Positions 58,682-64,000 of a DNA stretch of 64,000 bases are shown piece by piece. The DNA lies in the NCBI RefSeq assembly GCF_913053745.1, contig NZ_CAJXGF010000004.1, positions 1,157 to 65,156 on the forward strand, in the 5' to 3' direction. A model generated the notes under the pieces. The model worked only from the letters and a program-made list of their open reading frames with translations. It was not told the origin of the DNA and made no database searches. A program made the translations under genes and the position numbers. This DNA is from an uncultured Nitratireductor sp. (GTDB lineage Bacteria; Pseudomonadota; Alphaproteobacteria; Rhizobiales; Rhizobiaceae). The number at the start of each line of letters is the position of its first letter. Within the stretch, counting starts at the first letter, position 1.

Positions 58682-59542
58682 TTATCCACTCCTGATGGAT
58701 GGATGCCAGAAAGTGACGGCGCGCTCCAGAAGCGCCACCGCCCCGTAAAAAAGTGAGCCGGCGAGTGCGGCGATCGCAATCTCGGCCCACACCATGTCGA
58801 TGTTCATGCGCCCCACCTCGGTGGAAATACGGAACCCCATGCCCACGATGGGCGTGCCGAAGAATTCCGCGACGATAGCGCCGATCAGTGCCAGCGTGGA
58901 ATTGATCTTCAACGCGTTGAAGATGAAGGGCGCCGCTGCCGGCAGTCGCAGCTTGAAGAGTGTCTGCCAGTAGGACGATGCATAGGTGCGCATCAGGTCG
59001 CGGTCGATGGCGGACGAGGCGGTCAGCCCCTGCACCGTGTTCACCAGCATGGGAAAGAAGGTCATGATGATGACGACGGCGGCCTTGGACGGCCAGTCGA
59101 AGCCGAACCACATAACCATGATCGGTGCGACGCCGATGATTGGCAGGGCTGAAACGAAATTTCCGAGCGGCAGCAGGCCGCGCTGCAGGAACGGCGACCG
59201 ATCGATGGCGATGGCCGTCAGGAAGCCTGCGCCGCAGCCAATGGCGTAGCCGATCAGCACCGCCTTCAGGAAGGTCTGCTGAAAATCCGCCCAGAGTGTC
59301 GGCAGGGATGATGTGATGCGAGCCCATATGGCGCTGGGTGGTGTTAGCAGCACGGGCGAGATGTCGAAGCCGCGCACCAGCCCTTCCCACACCACCAGAA
59401 GCGTGACGCCGAAAATGGCGGGAATCAGAATGCCGAGCGCGCGTCTGGCGGGTGCCGAGGGCGGATTCAGCTTTGCGAGCCACTCATTGAGCGCCCAAGC
59501 GGCTGCCCAGAAAAGAAGCGCTCCCGTCAGCGCCCAGTTCAT
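58682..59542 (-). CDS. ABC transporter permease (NitT/TauT family)
   Basis: MNWALTGALLFW...; EAA-like loop SSAIDRDLMRTYASSYWQTLFKLRLPAAAPFIF. ATGA overlap with the upstream permease. Confidence 0.88.
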   Translation of the reverse strand: MNWALTGALLFWAAAWALNEWLAKLNPPSAPARRALGILIPAIFGVTLLVVWEGLVRGFDISPVLLTPPSAIWARITSSLPTLWADFQQTFLKAVLIGYAIGCGAGFLTAIAIDRSPFLQRGLLPLGNFVSALPIIGVAPIMVMWFGFDWPSKAAVVIIMTFFPMLVNTVQGLTASSAIDRDLMRTYASSYWQTLFKLRLPAAAPFIFNALKINSTLALIGAIVAEFFGTPIVGMGFRISTEVGRMNIDMVWAEIAIAALAGSLFYGAVALLERAVTFWHPSIRSG

Positions 59543-60465
59543 GGTTTTTCTCCCATGCGCGCCATCACCATGCGCTGGCCGATGCCAACCACGCCCACCA
59601 GGATGGCGGCGAGGGCGGCCGCCATGAAGAGGGCGGACCAGATCTGCACCGTCTGGCCGTAATAGGAGCCGGCCAGAAGCCGCGCGCCGAGGCCCGAAAC
59701 CGCCCCTGTCGGCAATTCGCCGACAATCGCCCCGACGAGACTGATTGCCACCGCAACCTTCATGGAAGTGAAGAGATAGGGAAGGGCGGCGGGCCAGCGT
59801 AGTTTCCAGAAGGTCTGTGTTCCGCTGGCATTGTAGGTGCGCATCAGATCGAGCTGGAATGCTTCCGGGCTGCGGAACCCCTTCACCATGCCCACGACCA
59901 CGGGAAAGAAGGAGAGATAGGTGGAAATCAGCGCCTTGGGCAGAAGGCCCGAGAGGCCGATCGCGTTGAGCACCACAATGATCATGGGCGCGACCGCCAG
60001 GATCGGAATGGTCTGGCTGGCGATCACCCACGGCATGACGGATTTGTCCATGGCTCGATTGTGCACGATGCCAACGGCAAGCAGCACGCCGAGCGCGGTG
60101 CCGATTACGAAGCCGAGCAGGGTGGAGGAGAGGGTGACCCAGGCGTGATAGAACAGGTTGCGCTTGGATGTGAGCCGCGTGCCGACCGTGGTTTTCCAGA
60201 TTTCCGCCACCACCTGATGCGGCGAGGGCAGCACGGGCCGCTCCTGCGCCATCGTATCGCGCACCAGGTCGGCGGCTGTCCATTCCGTCCCCGCCCGCTC
60301 ATAAGCGTCGATCTGCCATGGGGCGTTCAGATAGACGGTGAACGCGTACCAGATCAGGAGAATGACGCCGAGCACGATGAGGATTGGCAGCGTTTTGCCC
60401 TCCACCGCTCGGAGGAAGACGGGCGGTGTGGTGCGGGTCGGGGCTGTGTCCGTCGCCACCGTCAT
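59539..60465 (-). CDS. ABC transporter permease (NitT/TauT family)
   Basis: Start MTVATDT. Loop FRSPEAFQLDLMRTYNASGTQTFWKLRWPAALPYLF. The longer track ORF would translate the REP-like element. Confidence 0.85.
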   Translation of the reverse strand: MTVATDTAPTRTTPPVFLRAVEGKTLPILIVLGVILLIWYAFTVYLNAPWQIDAYERAGTEWTAADLVRDTMAQERPVLPSPHQVVAEIWKTTVGTRLTSKRNLFYHAWVTLSSTLLGFVIGTALGVLLAVGIVHNRAMDKSVMPWVIASQTIPILAVAPMIIVVLNAIGLSGLLPKALISTYLSFFPVVVGMVKGFRSPEAFQLDLMRTYNASGTQTFWKLRWPAALPYLFTSMKVAVAISLVGAIVGELPTGAVSGLGARLLAGSYYGQTVQIWSALFMAAALAAILVGVVGIGQRMVMARMGEKP

Positions 60466-60491
60466 GGTGTCACCTTTGGGGCTGGGTGCTC

Positions 60492-60602
60492 GCCCCTCAT
60501 CCTCACCTTCTCCCCGCAGGCGGGGAGAAGGGGGCATAGACGGTGCCGCTTCGTCCTTCTCCCCGTGCGCGGCGAGAAGGTGCCGGCAGGCGGATGAGGG
60601 GC
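60492..60602. repeat. REP-like nested palindromic intergenic element (~110 bp)
   Basis: Outer arms GCCCCTCATCC / GGATGAGGGGC enclose two hairpins, CCTTCTCCCCGCAGGCGGGGAGAAGG and CCTTCTCCCCGTGCGCGGCGAGAAGG. It sits inside an operon, between the ATPase and permease genes. Confidence 0.55.
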
Positions 60603-60624
60603 AGCGCTGGCGGTGGACATTTTC

Positions 60625-61449
60625 CTAGTCATCGCCATGCCCCGCACGCAGGCCTTCGCGCACCCGGTGCGCGATTTCAAGAAACTCCGGCGATTCTCGA
60701 ATGTCGAGCGGCCTTTCCTTCGGCAATGGCGACACGATCACATCGGTCACGCGGCCGGGCCGCGGCGACATGACGATGATGCGCGTCGACAGATAAACCG
60801 CTTCCGGGATCGAGTGGGTCACGAAGCCGATGGTCTTGCCGGTGCGTGCCCAGAGGTCGAGCAACTGCTCGTTCAGATGGTCGCGCACGATCTCGTCGAG
60901 CGCGCCGAACGGCTCGTCCATCAGAAGAAGATCGGCGTCGAAGGCCAGCGCGCGGGCAATCGAGGCGCGTTGCTGCATGCCGCCCGAAAGCTGCCAGGGA
61001 AACTTTTTCTCGAAGCCGGCAAGGTTCACCAGATCGAGTGTGCGGTGCACGCGCTCTTTCTGCTCCGCCTTCGAATAGCCCATGATCTCCAGCGGCAGGG
61101 CGACATTCTGCTCGATGGTGCGCCAGGGAAAGAGCCCGGCCGCCTGAAACACATAGCCATAGGCCCGGTTGCGGCGCGCCTCTTCCGGCGTCATGCCGTT
61201 GACGAAAATTTCGCCGGCGGTGGGCTGTTCCAGATCGGCGATCACACGCAGAAACGTGGTCTTGCCGCAGCCCGATGGGCCGATGAAGGAGACGAACTCG
61301 CCTTTGTTGATGGTCAGATCCACATCGGCGAGCGCGCGCACTGGCCCGTCATTGGTCTCGAAGGTGAGACCGAGCCCCTTCGCTTCCACGACGGGCTGAC
61401 TGGTTTGAGGGGAGGACGCTTCCTGGCGGATTGCTGGGTTGGCGTTCAC
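60625..61449 (-). CDS. ABC transporter ATP-binding protein (NitT/TauT family)
   Basis: GTG start after GGGAGA. Walker A GPSGCGKTT, signature LSGGMQQR, Walker B LLLMDEP. Confidence 0.88.
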   Translation of the reverse strand: MNANPAIRQEASSPQTSQPVVEAKGLGLTFETNDGPVRALADVDLTINKGEFVSFIGPSGCGKTTFLRVIADLEQPTAGEIFVNGMTPEEARRNRAYGYVFQAAGLFPWRTIEQNVALPLEIMGYSKAEQKERVHRTLDLVNLAGFEKKFPWQLSGGMQQRASIARALAFDADLLLMDEPFGALDEIVRDHLNEQLLDLWARTGKTIGFVTHSIPEAVYLSTRIIVMSPRPGRVTDVIVSPLPKERPLDIRESPEFLEIAHRVREGLRAGHGDD

Positions 61450-61463
61450 TGGATCGTTTCTCC

Positions 61464-62915
61464 CTATACCCCGCTCGCCGGAATGCCCGTTCGCTCCACC
61501 TTGCGGGGCGCGGTCACTTCCTTCCATTGCGACAGCGCCCTGTTCACCGCCATGTGCGGCTTGCGCGCCACGAATTTTCCGTGGCCCGGCTTCGGCTTCA
61601 CCGCGCCATCCTCGACCACGATCTCGCCGCGCGACAGCACTGTCTTCGGCAGGCCCTTCACCTTTATGCCCTCGAACACATTGTAGTCGATGGCCGATTG
61701 CTGGCTCTTGGCCGAAATCGTCTTCGTGGCGCCCGGATCCCAGATCACGATGTCGGCATCTGCGCCTTCGACGATCGCCCCTTTCTGCGGATACATGTTG
61801 AGGATTTTCGCGATGTTGGTGGAGGTTACGGCGACAAACTCGTTCATTGTCAGCCGACCCGAGTTGACACCAAAGGTCCAGAGCACCGGCATGCGATCCT
61901 CGAGTCCGCCCGTGCCATTGGGTATCTTGGTAAAATCGCCCACGCCGTAGCGTTTCTGGTCCGTGGTAAAGGCGCAATGGTCGGTGGCCACAACCTGCAA
62001 CGAACCCGCCTGAAGTCCGGCCCACAGCGAATCCTGGTGCTGCTTGTTGCGGAATGGCGGGCTCATCACGCGGCGCGCGGCATGGTCCCAGTCGGCATTG
62101 GCGTATTCGCTCTCGTCCAGCACGAGATGCTGAATCAGCGGTTCGCCGTAAACGCGCATGCCCTTTTGCCGCGCCCGACGGATCGCCTCATGGCTCTGCT
62201 CGCAGGAGGTATGCACCACATAAAGCGGCGTGCCGGCCATGTCGGCGATCATGATGGCGCGGTTGGTGGCCTCGCCCTCGACCTCCGGTGGGCGCGAATA
62301 GGCGTGGGCCTCCGGCCCGTTATTGCCCTCCTCCAGGAGCTTTGCCTGGAGTTGCGCGACCACGTCGCCGTTTTCGGCATGGACGAGCGGCAGCGCGCCG
62401 AGCTCGGCGCAGCGCTGAAAGGACGAATACATCTCGTCGTCGTCCACCATCAGCGCGCCCTTGTAGGCCATGAAGTGCTTAAAGGAGGTGATGCCTTTTT
62501 CCACCACCTGCGGCATCTCGTTGAAAACCTGTTCGCTCCACCAGGTGATGGCCATGTGAAAAGAGTAATCGCAGGTCGCCCGCGTCGACTTGTTGTCCCA
62601 CATCTGAATGGCTTCCAGCAGCGACTGACCGGGCGAGGGCAGGCAGAAATCCACCACCATGGTGGTTCCGCCGGAAATGGCGGCGCGCGTGCCGCTTTCG
62701 AAATCGTCGGTCGAATAGGTGCCCATGAAGGGCATTTCCAGATGGGTATGCGGGTCGATCCCGCCCGGCATTACGTAGCAGCCGGTGGCATCGATCTCAT
62801 GATCGCCGTGCAGATCGTGGCCGATCGCCACGATCTTGTCATGCTGGATTAGGATGTCGGCCTTCCACGTCCGGTCGGCCGTGACGATGGTTCCGTTTCT
62901 GATGACCTTGGACAT
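61464..62915 (-). CDS. hydA: Dihydropyrimidinase (D-hydantoinase)
   Basis: MSKVIRNGTIVTADRTWKADILI...GGIDPHTHLEMPFMGT...SFKHFMAYK..., the cyclic amidohydrolase metal-ligand pattern. Confidence 0.93.
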   Translation of the reverse strand: MSKVIRNGTIVTADRTWKADILIQHDKIVAIGHDLHGDHEIDATGCYVMPGGIDPHTHLEMPFMGTYSTDDFESGTRAAISGGTTMVVDFCLPSPGQSLLEAIQMWDNKSTRATCDYSFHMAITWWSEQVFNEMPQVVEKGITSFKHFMAYKGALMVDDDEMYSSFQRCAELGALPLVHAENGDVVAQLQAKLLEEGNNGPEAHAYSRPPEVEGEATNRAIMIADMAGTPLYVVHTSCEQSHEAIRRARQKGMRVYGEPLIQHLVLDESEYANADWDHAARRVMSPPFRNKQHQDSLWAGLQAGSLQVVATDHCAFTTDQKRYGVGDFTKIPNGTGGLEDRMPVLWTFGVNSGRLTMNEFVAVTSTNIAKILNMYPQKGAIVEGADADIVIWDPGATKTISAKSQQSAIDYNVFEGIKVKGLPKTVLSRGEIVVEDGAVKPKPGHGKFVARKPHMAVNRALSQWKEVTAPRKVERTGIPASGV

Positions 62916-62964
62916 GAGTTTCCCCTCTTATTGTGTTGTCCTTGGCGGGATGCGGACCGTCAGA

Positions 62965-64000
62965 TCATTCGACGATCTCCGCGGTTTCCACCACGGCATG
63001 GAACAGGACGTCGGCCCCGGCCTGCGCCCACTCCTTCGAGATTTCCTCCGCCTCGTTGTGCGAGAGCCCGTCGACGCAGGGGCACATCACCATGGCGGTG
63101 GGTGCAACGCGGTTGATCCAGCAGGCGTCGTGACCGGCGCCCGAAACGATGTCGCGGTGCGAATAGCCGAGCCGTTCGGCGGCGTCGCGGATCGCCTTCA
63201 CGCAGCCCTCGTCGAAGGTGACGGGAGCGAAATGGCCGACCGGCTCCACCTCGAACTTGATGTCGAGCGCGTCGCAAATGGTTTCGATGCCAGCTTCGAT
63301 CTTCGCGCGCATCCCGTTCAGCGTCTGCTCGTCGGGGGAACGGATGTCGATGGTGAACACCGTCTTGCCGGGAATGACGTTGCGCGAATTTGGATAGACC
63401 TCCACATGGCCGATGGCGCCCACGGCGCTGGGCTGATGGTCCATCGCCACCTCGTGCACCAGCTCCGTTACCCGCGCCATGCCGAGGCCGGCGTTGCGGC
63501 GCTTGGGCATCGGCGTCGATCCGGTGTGGCTGTCCTTGCCGGTCAATGTCACTTGCAGCCACCACAGACCCTGGCCATGGGTGACGACGCCGATGTCGAT
63601 GAATTCGTCCTCGAGAATGGGGCCCTGCTCGATATGCAGTTCGAAGAAGGCCTTCATCCTGCGTTGACCGACCTTTTCCTCACCCTTCCAGCCGATGCGC
63701 TCCAACTCGTCACCGAAGCGCTTGCCGTTCGCGTCTGTCCGGTCATAGGCCCATTCCAGCTCGTGCTGACCGGCGAACACGCCCGATGCCAGCATGGCGG
63801 GTGCGAAACGGGTGCCTTCCTCATTGGTCCAGTTGGTCACGACGATGGGGTGTCTGGTCTTGATGCCGAGATCGTCGAGCGTGCGGATCACCTCGAGCCC
63901 GCCCAGAACGCCGAGCACACCATCGTACTTGCCGCCGGTCGGCTGGGTGTCCAGATGCGATCCGACATAGACGGGCAGAGCGTCGGGGTCGGTTCCTTCG
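62965..64000 (-). CDS. M20-family Zn-dependent amidohydrolase (beta-ureidopropionase / N-carbamoyl-amino-acid hydrolase type); 5' end lies beyond the window
   Basis: The reading frame stays open to the window edge. GSHLDTQPTGGKYDGVLGVLGGLEVIRTL, TNEEGTRF, SGAGHDA motifs of the AmaB/allantoate amidohydrolase family. Confidence 0.85.
   Translation of the reverse strand, partial: EGTDPDALPVYVGSHLDTQPTGGKYDGVLGVLGGLEVIRTLDDLGIKTRHPIVVTNWTNEEGTRFAPAMLASGVFAGQHELEWAYDRTDANGKRFGDELERIGWKGEEKVGQRRMKAFFELHIEQGPILEDEFIDIGVVTHGQGLWWLQVTLTGKDSHTGSTPMPKRRNAGLGMARVTELVHEVAMDHQPSAVGAIGHVEVYPNSRNVIPGKTVFTIDIRSPDEQTLNGMRAKIEAGIETICDALDIKFEVEPVGHFAPVTFDEGCVKAIRDAAERLGYSHRDIVSGAGHDACWINRVAPTAMVMCPCVDGLSHNEAEEISKEWAQAGADVLFHAVVETAEIVE

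Noticed and set aside
58682-60283. 533-aa minus-strand ORF treated as a single permease
   Set aside because: Its N-terminal 247 codons are an out-of-frame read over the neighbouring permease. The real gene starts at MNWALTG (59542) with an ATGA overlap.
60466-60537. Extension MPPSPRLRGEGEDEGRAPSPKGDT on the permease gene
   Set aside because: It is a translation of the REP-like palindromic element. MTVATDT at 60465 is the likelier start.
60625-62852. 466-aa minus-strand ORF extension (61450-62025) and 473-aa plus-strand ORF (61431-62852)
   Set aside because: The former is a read-through over the dihydropyrimidinase gene in another frame; the ATPase starts at the GTG at 61449 after GGGAGA. 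The latter is antisense to dihydropyrimidinase.

Overview
High-GC alphaproteobacterial (Rhizobiales-like) chromosomal segment, densely coding on both strands. All family calls come from motif recognition in the supplied translations; no database search was run. In order, the window holds: rpoD, map and small housekeeping genes. A TetR/VOC pair, an MFS exporter and a YciI / TPR-type sigma / YciI trio follow. Then come pyrE, an acidic OmpA-family protein, BP26/SIMPL and one tRNA(CAU). A cobalamin-riboswitch-controlled btuB plus B12-type ABC operon is next. It is followed by a Dpp-like ABC system whose fused double ATPase carries an unusual C-terminal extension. Then preTA (dihydropyrimidine dehydrogenase), an Rrf2/AhpD-like/DoxX/DMT group, a partial phenylacetate cluster (paaX, TetR, paaK, paaI, P450, paaZ) and pobA-pcaCHGB with pobR. 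The window ends with a NitT/TauT-type ABC transporter fused to dihydropyrimidinase and an M20 amidohydrolase that is truncated at the window edge. The most unusual locus is 18.1-26.9 kb, directly downstream of the tRNA. It contains an ECF sigma factor, a single-pass anti-sigma factor and a translationally coupled S8 subtilase. These are transcribed divergently from a two-gene operon encoding a 663-aa secreted protein and a ~1220-aa secreted protein. The large protein has four Cys-bracketed DUF11-like modules and a nested Cys-rich tandem-repeat tail. The two secreted proteins share a ~101-aa domain that aligns without gaps and that I do not recognise as a named family. Many long antisense ORFs in the track are high-GC artefacts and were rejected.
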